DNA of 64,000 bases from the human T2T-CHM13v2.0 reference genome, Homo sapiens. The notes beneath the pieces were generated by a model, which saw nothing but the letters and a program-made list of their open reading frames with translations, was not told the DNA's origin and did not search any database. Shown here one piece after another: positions 31,631-45,695 of this stretch (positions within the stretch are counted from its first letter, which is position 1; each line of letters begins with the position of its first letter). A program made the translations under genes and the position numbers. The stretch lies in the NCBI RefSeq assembly GCF_009914755.1, contig NC_060933.1, one strand, 5' to 3'.

Positions 31631-31636
31631 GTTTCG

Positions 31637-32431
<795 letters not shown>

Positions 32432-33079
32432 TTAACTGCCTTGCCTGGCACCAACTAGGGCTTTCTCTCCGGTGGAAAACTATAACGCAGGAAGCTCAAT
32501 GCCATTCCCTTCTTCCACGTGTTGGCGCCTTACAGTTCTTGTCAGCTTTTTGCTCACTCTCATGGGCCTTCAGAAATTTTGTCTTTTTGTCTAGAGTTTA
32601 TAAGTACTATCAGTGGGAGGATTAGTCTGCCAGAAGGTACTCCACTATTACCAGAAGTGGTACTCCCTTTCATTTAAGGAGAGGGCAGAATTATATTAAT
32701 TAAATAATCAAGCAGACACATGTAAAACTAAATGTAAAACTAAAACTGTGTTTGTTGTGCTACTAAGAAGCACACATCTATGAAATCTAATAATAGGGGA
32801 ATTTGACTTAATTGGTGAGGTCAGGAATGTTTTCCTTGAGGACATGATGGGGTCCAGAGAGTTACTAGACAAAGACAGAATGGAAGAGGATTCCACGTAT
32901 TTGTTGATTGAGTGATATAATCCAGCTTTCTATGTATCTGGGCTTCTTTTCTTTGCACATATTGTTAACCTCTCAATCTTTAATCATCTCTCTGGGCTTC
33001 TGTGATAATAAAAGGTAATCTATAGCTCTGGTGCCTCTAATGTTATACAATGAAGAATACCCTACATGAAAATTTCTTT

Positions 33080-33211
33080 TTTTTTTTTTTAACTGAAATT
33101 TTAATTTTAGATCCAGGGGGTCCATGTGCAGGTTTGTTGCAAGGGTATATTGCATGATGCTGAGGTTTGGGCTTCTATTGATCCCATCATTCAGACTGTG
33201 AACAGAGTACC
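33080..33211 (-). mobile_element. Very short primate L1 (L1PB/old L1PA-like) 3' end
   Basis: T tail plus TTTTAGATCCAGGGGGTCCATGTGCAGGTTTGTTGC; flanked by CATGAAAA(T/C)TT duplication. Confidence 0.8.
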
Positions 33212-33220
33212 CATGAAAAC

Positions 33221-33519
33221 TTTTTTTTTTTTTTTTTTTTTTGAGAAAGGGTCTCGCTGTGTTGCTCAGGCTGGAGTACAGTGACACAATCACGACTCAC
33301 TGTAGTCTTGGCCTCTCAGGCTCAAGCAATCCTCCCACCTCAGTCTCCTTAGTAACTGGACTATAGGCGTGTACACCACCATGTCTGGCTAACTGTTATT
33401 TGTGGAGAGAGGTCTTCCTATGTTACCCGGGCTTGTCTTGAACTCCTGGGCTCAAGTGATCCTCCCGCCTTGGCCTTCCAAAGTGCTGGAATTACGAGCA
33501 TGAGCTACTGCACCCAGCC
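33221..33519 (-). mobile_element. AluJ
   Basis: TSD CATGAAAACTT. Confidence 0.93.
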
Positions 33520-33678
33520 TCATGAAAACTTCTTCACCAAAAGGAATTGTGGGTCTGGACCATTAAGTGGTATATCATAGTCTGTGGGCTTCTGGCCAAT
33601 GTGATCAACTGAAGTGTAAGGAAATCTCCCTTCCACTTCAGGTATTTAGAAACAACAACACACATACAGACACACAAG

Positions 33679-33716
<38 letters not shown>

Positions 33717-33718
33717 AC
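33679..33718. repeat. (TC)n(AC)n compound microsatellite
   Basis: Read directly. Confidence 0.9.
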
Positions 33719-34006
33719 CCCACATGCATGTACCAGGGAGAAAGAACACATACGTATCAGTAAATGCATGCTAATAACAAAATTCTTTCTTATCAGCAAA
33801 AAGATATGCCAGGTTACAGTGGAATCTTGTATTCAAAGTGTTAATTAAAAATAACTATCAACAAAAGTTCTACACTTAGTTAAGTGGTCATTCAGTAGAG
33901 AGGATGTAATACAGACATTTTCAAACATACAACTGTTAAAAGAGTTTGTTACCCATGGACTCCTCCTAAAATAATTACTAAAGATAAACTTAAGTAAAAA
34001 GGAAAT

Positions 34007-34545
34007 TGTGGCAGATTGTATTTTCCAAAAATGGCCATAACAATATCTACCATCTTCCATGCTTTTCTACAGTATACCTTGCTACTCCCCCATCAAAAGA
34101 TGGAGTCTAATCCCCTCTCCTTGAATCTGGATTGGCCTTATGAGTTTGCACCTGAAAGCAATAGACTATGGTAGCAATAATAACCATGTTGACTTTGAGG
34201 CTCGGTCAGAAAAGGCCATGCAGTTTTCAACTGGTACTTTGAGATGCTCGTGCTGGGGGCTGCCAGCTACCATAGAAGATGTACAGCCATTCCAAAAGCT
34301 CAGTGTTAAATAAGCTTTATTTAAATAAACTTATTTAAGTAAGTTTAAATAAGCGGCCTTTCTGGGCATCAGACCCTCCAGACAAGTCCATCCTCCAACT
34401 GAGTACCATTGAGTAACATAGACAGATTCATAAGATGTAGAAGAGTGGCCCAGCTGACTGTTACCCACATTCATGACCTATAGAATATAATAAAATGGTT
34501 GCTGTTTGAAGCTACAAAGTTAATTTGTCATGCAACAAGTAGAAT
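34007..34545 (+). mobile_element. MLT1-type LTR
   Basis: TGTGGCAGATTGTATTTTCCAAAAATGGCC start; AATAAAATGGTTGCTGTTTGAAGCTAC end. Confidence 0.75.
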
Positions 34546-37309
34546 AAAATTGGACCCAGAAGGAAGGAGTGGAATGTATAAATTATCAGGAGTAAGGAAG
34601 CTGGTGAATATATTTGTAAATACAAATAAATATTGACTTTAAAAAAGTTGGATGGAGTTTTAACAAACAATGTGATACTAAAATAATAGCAACAATAATA
34701 TGGAAGCTGTTATGGAGTAAGGAAGAGGAAGACTGGTTATAAAACTTTCTAAGGTCCTTATATTGTTTGGAAGGTTATTCGAGATTGACTTTAGGCATAT
34801 TAAAGGCATTGATTGTGTAAGTTATGAAACAGTGGAGGGGAAAACAGGAATGTAGAAAAATTCAATAAAAAGCAGAAAAATAAAGCTAAGAAGCAAAGAA
34901 AATCATGGGCGATAGAAAACATAAAATATGTTGATTGAGATGGTGCTGTTACAACTGTAATTGTGATAAATGTAAAGAAATTCATTTCAGTCATTAAAAA
35001 TGATAATTATATTTTTTAAATAGCCAGCCAAATGTTGTTTTAAAAAGACAGCCAAGGCAAAAAGAGTCCAGAGCAGTTAAAAATGAAGGGATTGAAAAGA
35101 TGTGCCGGGAAAAAGCAAACCAAAAGAAAGTAGGTATGACAGTATTAACATCAGGCAAAACGGAATTTCTAGACATCTCGTGTTTTCTTCTCAGGATACA
35201 CCTGTGCCTCTTTTTATGCCACATCTTTTTACTTGCATGTGTGCAGCTAGGAGATGTGCGTAAGGAGGCTCATTTCAGCATTGTTTGCAATCAAGAAAAT
35301 TTTCAAATAACTATCAGTAGGGGAACGTATGGATACATTATAGAATATTCCTGTGGGGGCATTAAACAGCAGTTAAAAGAGACAGATTTATATACATCAA
35401 CATGTCTATATTTCAAAACCATTGAGTGAAAGAAGTTGCAGAGTAATATGTCAGTGTGACATTTATAAACACAAAACAGTATATTTGAACTTCTAAGTTT
35501 CCTTCTAATTCTGAAATTATTGAATTTCACAGTAGTAAGCTATGTTCCTGTGACTATATGCATTTGAGTGTGTGAAGAATTGTGCCCAGAAACAGTGTAT
35601 TTCAGCAAATACACTGACTGTTATTAAGAGCAATTGGCATATCCTAAATAATGGACACACCTGGAATAGCAGAAAGCTGTCATTCTCTGATCAAGTAATC
35701 GGTGGAATTAAATAGTAACTACTCAACAGTGTGCTCTATGCTATAGAATGAGCATATGTGCAAAAATAATTTCTCCTTTCCCCCAGTTGCTTACAAGTAA
35801 AAAGATGAGACATAAAAAGAGGCACAGGTGTATCCTGAGAAGAAAAAATGAGATGTCTGGAGGGAGATGTTAGTTAAGCAATAACTTAGCACTAGACTAT
35901 AGAGTACAGGCAAGCTAGAATCCCTGTTGTATAAGTAACTAGACATTGAAATCACAAATACCTTTGGATGGCAATTCCACAAATATTTATTGAGAACCTG
36001 CTGTGTTGAGGATACTCCACTTAACCTGGTCATGAACACAAAAATGATTCAGGAGTTACAGGGAATTTTTAGAGCATTGGAGGATGGAAGTAACTATAAA
36101 ATGAGCCAGGATAAGTTAGAATCGTGAGGATACACGTTGCTTTGTAGCTTGAAAGGAGAATGAAATTGTTTTCGTTGGGGTGATTGGGGATGGCGTTACA
36201 GAGGTTATATCCCACATTTGTAAATGGGTGCATTCCACTTTGGATGGCTGAGAATGGCAGAGCAGTTTCTTCTTTGTGCCATAGCTCTGTTTAGTATGTG
36301 ATCCTCTTCCCCCTTAAGAAAAATATTACTGTACGCTAATCCTTTCAAAGCCTTTAATGGTGCTGCTGAGACAATCATTTAAGCATTTAAAATACATACC
36401 ACATAGCACACTTATTTTTTCTTTTTTTTTTAGCACACTTATTTTAGACACAGCAATGGTTAGCCACTGGAAAACTAACCATTGGTTTTTATAAGGGGGG
36501 ACCTTTGTATGTTATGGCTTATGACAGAGAATGGAAAAATGCTTCAGTGAGACAGGCTGGCATTTTGAATTGGAGCACAGTAATAGCCAAAAGTGCTGAA
36601 GTCAACGGACTGCTTAGAAATATGGTTTCCATTTGCTGAGAGAGGCCTTGCAAGGTGGCCACATACATGCATTTGCAACCACAGGCAGTTCAGTTTTTCC
36701 CTAAATGTGGGGCTGTGACCCTGATTGATGTCAGTGAGCGTTACGTACTTGCAGAGAGAAAGATGATTTAGGTCATCCATGAATCTAAGACAAGTAAGAC
36801 ATAGACAAATAAGCAACAACTTAATAGACTTATATATAATTTAGGTTGGAAATCATGCAGAAGTGACAGTGCTCTTCAGAATCTTCTGGGGCTGGCTTAA
36901 AAGTTCTCCTTTGCCCCCCAAAGCTATTACAATAAGAATTGGTTACTAGTCTGCATAACTTGAAGAAGATAAAGAAGGTCAAAGGAAGATGTGGAAAAGA
37001 GACTTAGAGGTGACATTTGATTTATGACTTAGACAATATGAAGGAGATGGCCATGAGACCTGGGAGATGAGAATTCCAAGGAAAAGCATCAGCAAGTGGG
37101 AAATGTTCTGTTAGTGGCAAACAAAAAGAAATGGGTGACCTTGAGCAAATTACTTTGCCTCTCTGGGACCCACTGTCTTCATTTGTAAAATTAGAGAGTT
37201 GGATTCAGTGAGCCCTAAGGAATTTTTCAGCTCCAAAGTTCAATAAAATAAAGATGACTTAAAGTAGGCCAAATGAAGTTGTTGATTGTTTTTAAAGATG
37301 GCAACCCTA

Positions 37310-37820
<511 letters not shown>

Positions 37821-40800
37821 GCAACCCTAGGGATGTTTGAATGTTCAGAATAGGGTGTAATCATTGAAGGGGAGAAAATGTTGGCAAGAGAAAAATGTCA
37901 AATGAAACAGGGTTCAAGTAAGTGGAAGGGGATGGTGTTGAGAGAACACTTCTTCCCCACTTCTCATGTTTCCTTCCTTGTTGGAGTTCAGTCAGTGTAA
38001 CACTCCTGGTGCCTTTATCCTAAGGGAGGTGGGGTGACATAGTCTGATAAATTTGGGAAGAAGAAACTGGATGTGCTCTGCTCATCTCCTCCCTTTTGCT
38101 TTTGGGCAGCACTCCTGACCACAGAGAACCATTTTTCTCTCTTCCTCCAGGCCTTAAGTCTTACCTGAGGGAGGCTACCCCCCGTTCTGGAAGCTTTAAC
38201 TTGATCCAGCATTGCCTGTGACCATGTGGATAAACCTAATTTTGTGATTCAGTTTCCAGGTACCTTTGGCTCTCACAGTAAGCCATGTTCTCCAGCTTAG
38301 CCTTCATCAGTAGCGATATTTTGGTCTGCCTTTGCCATATCTTCATCTTATTTCTTGCTACATTCAGAATCTGGATAGGAGAGGAATGTGCTGTTTACTT
38401 GGCTCTCTCAAAACCCCAGAAGTTGGGATTCAGTGGGGCAGAATAAGCTTAATAAGCTTTGGTGAAAAGGGATATTGTTCCCTCTGAATCAAGAGAAGGT
38501 AATACTTATGAAGAACTAATGATACTTTGAGGTATGGTTGAGTTGCAGAGATTCAGAATTATCTCAGCAAAGCAGGGGGCCAGATCATCAACTGAGAATG
38601 AGTCAGCAAGCTTGGAATTGGAAAGTTAAAAGTTTTAGAATTGCCTCTGTGGAGAGTATGCGAAAGAATCCACTAAAGAGAACCAATGGATTGTCAGTCA
38701 GGGTGACAAACGTTTCATCACTTAAAACACATACCACGTAGTACACTGATTTTAGAGGCGGCAGTGGTTAGCCACTGGAAAGCCAGCCATGGCTTTTCAT
38801 AACAGTGGTTCTGCTAACAGGCTTGAGTGGATAGGGCTCTAGGGCAGCCTCATTCTCTGCCACCAGAAACAAAAGTGGTGACAACTGCTCTGTAGAATAT
38901 ATTTTATGCCTAAATTATACAGATTTTTAGAAGTGAATTTAGGAATCTGTTAGAGTTAGACAATAAATAATTATATCTATAATGTTAAAAATACTAAACT
39001 TTTTCTCTGAATATAATAGTTTAGCCAGCCACTAAATTGACCCTTGTCTCAGCTGATGCTGGTTTTCCTTCTGTGTGTGTGTGAGCATGTGTGTGTTCAG
39101 GGCTTTTTTTTAATCAAACAAGTTTTTTCAAAGATGCCCAGTCAACAAAATACTGTATGTTAGCAGCCACAGCCACCATCAGAATGAAGTTTTAAGATCA
39201 CTGTTTCTGATTACATAGAAATAGCCAATGGATTTATCGAAGGTTATTATTCAAAATGACAGGACAGAAAATACTCTGGCTTATCCCCTGTGCTCATTCA
39301 CTTTTCTAGAACCAAGGGAAATACCAGCTTCTCCATAAAGTAAATTCAAACTGTTCTTTGCAACCTTGTTTCTCTCTACTTCTATTGCACTGAAAGTGTG
39401 CTACATATAGTTCAGTGGGGGAGGGAGCAAGGACCAGGGAAGGGTTTTAGGAGGTGGTTGCACTTAAACTGGGACATGGAGGAAGAATAGGATTTGGCAG
39501 GTGGAGGTGGAAGGCAGGAGCCAGGAGCGCTCCAGGTCTAGCACATGGGTTAGTCCAAAAGGCACTGAGGCCTAGAGTCAAGTCCTCTTCAGGAAGCAGT
39601 GTTTTGAGTAGGCCCTTTGGCTAGAGGACAAGGATGCAAGGGAATGTTGTCTCCATGACTGGAAAAGTAGCTAGAAACTGGATTGTACAAGGCTGCAGGA
39701 GGCAGGATTTTTTAAGGTTAGGTGAGATTTTGAAGAGGAAATAGTCTGTGGAGAGAGGTAGAAACTGAAATCAATGGGATATTAACCTAGAATGAGATTC
39801 TAGAAGGAAAGGAAATAAAAGGGTCTAGTAGAGATGCAGATAAAGCTGGCAGGGAAGTGAGGAGGAGTTAGGATACAAAGGGAGGGCTTGATTTACTTGA
39901 AAATTCAAGCAAGTAATGATGTTTTGCAGTTGTTGAAAGAATGCCTCCTGATATTTAGAAATACGAAAATTATTTTAAACATATCTGCTCTGTCAGAGTT
40001 TTTCTTTCTGTTCTCCTGCCATTTCTTTTTTGATTTTGGTAAAAGAATAAAAAAAGAACAGCATATGCTGAAAGAAACTAGGTACACAACGGGGACTGAA
40101 ATAATTTCAAATAATTTTTCTTTTAGCCAGATTGCTAGTATACAATAAGAATATATTTTGATTCAGAACTTTTATGAAGAACTTGTGCATTTTATTGTAA
40201 CATCTGTTTCTACATTTTAATTTCTCTCCTTCCTTTTATAGGTATTTGCCTGCCTTTTTTTTTCAAGTGAGAAGACCTTTTGTTTGCCACAAGAAGGCTA
40301 TTATCCAGAATGTTAATGGGTTTTCAGCTATTAAGATGTAATGATATACCTTGAGTATTTAACTATAAATTTGAAAAATCTCCGTGAACAATCTCAAAGG
40401 AATACTTAGAATGCACTCCTGGTAAATTGGCTCATTTTCCTGTAATTTACTGGAAGTGCTGATATGAGAGCAGTCCTAATGTGAAAAGTACATTAATCCC
40501 TGGAGTTACATTGTATGTATTAAATTATTACTCTCAAGGAATAAAATGTGTGGGGCCATTTAGCCTTCATTCACACTTGTTACTTGGAATCACAGTGGAA
40601 AAACAATCACTTATCTTTTGATGCACAAAATTAGAAGGGATACATTTAATATCTTTTAAGACTAGAGGCACAGTGATGCTGGGTTACACTTTTGCATAAC
40701 ACTTGCTGTTTTCTAAAAGAAGGACAGTTCTCATTGGAGCGTGCTTCTTCTGGCTTTGTGGAGGCCCATGCCATCCAGTTGGTAATTGAAATATTTTTAG

Positions 40801-40979
40801 AAACCCATAATGCAGCTTTCTTTCATGTCAGTAGAAAAGATAAGTCAGCCTTCTAGCCATGAGCATCTACCGCTTGGGGGATTATTTAAGGATGGTGGTC
40901 AACTTGCAGGAGCAGCAGTTGCAGGAGCACTTAGGTCTTATTTGGAATTTTATCTAATTGTGCTTTCCTTTTTTGCCAG

Positions 40980-41114
40980 GAGACTGAAAGGAACCATAAT
41001 TTGTGACATCAGTTGTTTTCTTTGATAAGCAGCTATTTATGATTCTGGAAGATTAAGGCAGATAGGAAACCCCATCTGAGATTTTAATAAATCCCTCAAA
41101 CAATAAACCACATC
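40980..41114 (+). other. AOPEP: 5' UTR part of exon 2
   Basis: Branch-like CTAAT (40954-40958), polypyrimidine tract and CAG acceptor (AG 40978-40979), 135 nt before the ATG. Confidence 0.85.
41039..41056 (+). promoter_or_regulatory. Upstream ORF (MILED*) in the 5' UTR
   Basis: ATG ATT CTG GAA GAT TAA in weak context, ending 58 nt before the main ATG. Confidence 0.55.
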
Positions 41115-41911
41115 ATGGACATACAGCTGGACCCTGCCAGAGATGACCTGCCTCTCATGGCCAACACCAGCCACATACTTGTGAAGCACTATGTACTGGA
41201 TTTGGATGTGGATTTTGAAAGTCAAGTCATTGAGGGGACCATAGTGCTTTTCCTCGAGGATGGAAACAGATTCAAGAAACAGAATAGCTCTATTGAGGAA
41301 GCCTGCCAATCAGAATCAAACAAAGCCTGCAAATTTGGGATGCCTGAACCCTGCCATATTCCCGTGACAAATGCAAGGACCTTCTCATCTGAAATGGAAT
41401 ATAATGATTTTGCAATCTGTAGTAAAGGTGAAAAAGATACTTCTGATAAAGATGGTAACCATGACAACCAGGAACATGCTTCTGGGATTTCTAGCTCAAA
41501 GTACTGCTGTGACACAGGGAATCATGGGAGTGAGGATTTTTTGCTAGTGTTGGACTGCTGTGATTTATCTGTGTTAAAAGTCGAGGAGGTGGATGTTGCT
41601 GCTGTGCCAGGTCTGGAAAAATTTACAAGGTCTCCTGAGCTCACGGTTGTTTCTGAGGAGTTCAGGAATCAGATTGTACGTGAACTTGTGACTTTGCCTG
41701 CAAATCGTTGGAGGGAGCAGTTAGACTATTACGCTCGCTGCAGCCAGGCTCCTGGCTGTGGGGAACTCCTCTTTGACACTGACACTTGGAGCTTGCAGAT
41801 AAGGAAGACAGGGGCTCAGACAGCTACTGACTTTCCTCATGCTATCAGGATATGGTACAAAACTAAACCTGAAGGGCGATCGGTTACATGGACCTCAGAC
41901 CAGAGTGGCAG
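41115..41911 (+). CDS. AOPEP: Aminopeptidase O, first coding exon (codons 1-265 plus 2 nt)
   Basis: 266-aa ORF MDIQLDPARDDLPLMANTSHILVKHYVLDLDVDF... in strong Kozak context (ATCATGG). Resembles the N-terminal domain of LTA4H/RNPEP-type M1 peptidases. Ends at donor CAG|GTAGGT, phase 2. Confidence 0.96.
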
Positions 41912-43496
41912 GTAGGTTATCCAAGCACTTCAAAGCCCTGTGCCTGTTAATCTTGTACGCTGCGGGGATGCTTTCAAACATGAGACCGGCTCTGCAGAGA
42001 TGCTCCTGTGTCTTCTGTGACATTACCCAAGTAGCCTCAAATCCTTAGACCTACAGTGAAGCAGGTAAATTCCCAGGCATGCTAAACCCTTAATAGGATT
42101 AGCTCCCTTAAGTCAGGATGAAAAGATTATTAAGCCCTCCCTATTTCTGAGTTAAGAGATTGAAAGCCATGCTTAATGATGAAATCCTGAGCCTCGCTCT
42201 CCATTGAGATCTCTGCTGGTGACTTGGAGTGCTGTAGATGGGAGTGATACGTCTCCGAGTGAATACTTGCTTAACGTTCCTTCATAGTCCCTTGAGAGAC
42301 CAGACTGCCATGAAGCTGGGTTGGTGTGAAGCCTGGCAAAGTGCTTTCAAATAAAGCCAGCTCTGCTTTGTGCCTTCCTTACCGTACTTGTCTATTGGCA
42401 GCTATGCCTCCCTGACTTTTGTCAGTTTTCATGTAACGTGACCCCCCCCAAAGCATACAAAAGACCTGTTTCTGAGCAGCATAACAGTCCTCTGAGACTG
42501 CACACTGGCTTCTTTGGCTGTGATTCTTGGTATTTGGTACCAGAAAGACCGCTGGGTTTTCGTTCGAGGAGAAGGAATTGATGGAGGTGTCGTTTTCTAG
42601 AGGATACATTTAGGCAGACCTTGCTCTAACAGTTGTTCAGATTTTTAAAAATCTTTTTCTTATTGTCTTTCCTCCAACAGTTGTTCAGATTTTTTTAAAT
42701 TTGAGAATTTTAAAATCAAACTTTATTGATTCCTCCGTATTTTACCTATTTGTGCTAAAGTACTGCAAATCAATATGGTAATTATTGCAGAGCTTGGATG
42801 GAGGAACGTTGACCTCTGTTAGCTGGGTTTGGGAGCCTTCTTTTATAGCGTTGTATTTCCTTAATTGAAGCAGTGGTCTTCGGCAATTGCTTACATGTCT
42901 CCCTCAATTCATCCCCCAAAACACCTTGCAGCTATAGTTTTTTAAAGCCTCACTTTGACTTTGAGCTCTAATTATTCATTCCTTGCCTCTAATCTTACCT
43001 TCTGTTCTGGTCTCTCACCCTGCTCAGAATGAGTTCACTTCCTGTCTTATTTCTGTTAGAGTCTGAGGCAGCCATTGTGAAATTGCAGGGTTGGTGCAAA
43101 CTTACCTCAGTACAAAAGCGTAGTGATTTATTTATAGAATACCTTATTAGATAGTTTTTGGAGACTGTGAAAGAATGAAACGGGTGTTCTTATTGTATCT
43201 TCACACTTTTTTGAGATTATTAAAGATGGGAATTTCAATACAATATAACAATATACTATCTGAATATTTAACTAGGAAATTATAGTTTTTATACTCCTAG
43301 ATATTTCAGTTTTGAACTAGAATAATGAGGAAGAAGGAACTATTGGCAGAATTTGGAAGAAATATTTATGGCCTCAAACATGACTTTCTCCTGAGTGCTT
43401 ACTGCAAACAAAGAGATTAGACTGGTGAATTAAATGACATGTAAAAGTGATGAGTACTTACAGATAAATGATGGTTTCTATGAAGAAATTAAAGAG

Positions 43497-43845
<349 letters not shown>

Positions 43846-45695
43846 TTAGTCTTGATATCTCATTTTCTGATAATTCAGTAAATATATATGATCACAGAAG
43901 ATGTTTAAACTGTATCCTTGGAAGTTTGGGAATATGTGTTAGTATATTAATGCCATTTGTGCAGTCTTCTGAGGATAAGAAAAATTATTTTAAAAAACAA
44001 ATTCTAGAAAGGTGTTTTCTCTTTTTTTCCCTTTTTCTGGGGTGGGGAGTTTTATTTACAGTCAATTGTGAATGAGCACCAGGTCTCTCTCAACTCTCCC
44101 TTGCGCTGCAGAATAAATCTTAGGATGTACTGGTAACTGTTTGGATATGTTAAGGACTTTAAAATGAGTAAAGAATGCCAGTTGCTAGACAGAAATAACT
44201 TCTTAGTGATATAAATGAATAGTAATTATCAGGATCACAATACTTTATGAATATAATTGTGTGAAAATATAAAATTTTACAGTTGCGTGAAAAACATAAC
44301 TAGCTAGAGCTTATTCCTCCACGGGACAGAGTCTGTCTACATTTATTAAAACTAAAATAGTTTCTACATATTTGTTCCTGAATTGCAGAATATTATCAGT
44401 TATACCCGCTCTAAGTTCTCAGGCTGGGATGAGAAGCTCTTTATTCTCATTTTACAGGTAAGAAAATAAAATGACTGGAAGCTTCTAGATAAATCTGTAT
44501 CTCAAGTGAGAAAGAGAATGACTTTTTTTGAATTTGATCTTCACGTCACTTACTGTATGCAAAGCTTTCAAGTATATTTAAAACATAAATTTATTATGTT
44601 AGCTTTCAATAAATTTCTTTTTTTAAATTAGACAAATATAAGAAAATCTGTAAATTGGTACCTTTTCTTTTAAGTTCCATTAGTGGCTTCCCCATTTCCC
44701 ACCTGTACTGTATCCCAGCTGAGAATAAAACTTGTATCAAAATGAAATAGCTTAATATTGATATGGATGGTTGCATATGGAAATAATTACAGATATGTGT
44801 GTTTCCAAGGGTTAGTGTGTGTGTGTGTGTTTGTGTATACACACACTGTATCTTGGCTTGTCAGCTGAGAGGGTCTTAGAAGTAAGCACACCTAGCACCC
44901 AGATCTTAGTTTCTGATACCATTTTCCAATGAAGAGAACTAGGACTTCTTGGAGAAATGTCCAGAACAGGGGCAGGAAATATACAAGATGAGTCTGGAGC
45001 ATCTTGTAATGTCAGAAAGTAAGGAAGCCCTCAAACAGCAGGAACAACAACCCACAGCGATGGGGGTATGCCAGAGGGACAAGGGGCCGTCCGAAAGAGC
45101 TCCTCATGCCCCAAGCCAAGCAACAAAACATATCAAGTAGTTTCGAATGACATCCAAAAGTATGAAATAGCCATTAGTCCAGCTGATGTGAATAAACGAT
45201 TGAATAAATAAACAAATGAGGAAGAATAGACAAATCCATGGTGCAAAACAATTCCAAGTTAGTTGTGGACATGTTCTGTCCTCAAGGAGGTGGGGCGTAA
45301 CTCCTCACTCCTTAAGTGTGGACTATACAGTCCGTGACTCCCTGCCGAAGAGAACAGAATGGAAAGGGAGAAAGAAGTAACTTTACACTAGAGAAATCTG
45401 ACAATACTACCTCAGCAAGATGATCAAGGTCAATATCAATAGTGATAATTTATGGGGATAGTTTATTCTCTGGTATGATATGATGAAAATGGCATCTTTG
45501 TGGTCTTCCTCGCAAAAGCTCTTAACTCCAATCTAATCATGAGAAAAGCATCAGATACATCCCAGTCAAGGGACATTAAACACAATACCTGATCAGCACT
45601 TCTGAAAACGAATAAGGTCAGCGTAAAGTCTAAGAAACTGCCACAGTCAAGAGGAGCCTGAGGAGACATGATGATTAAAAGCAATGTGGTGTCCT

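Noticed and set aside
41037-41515. Antisense ORFs over exon 2
   Set aside because: Short shadows of the real CDS with no independent support.
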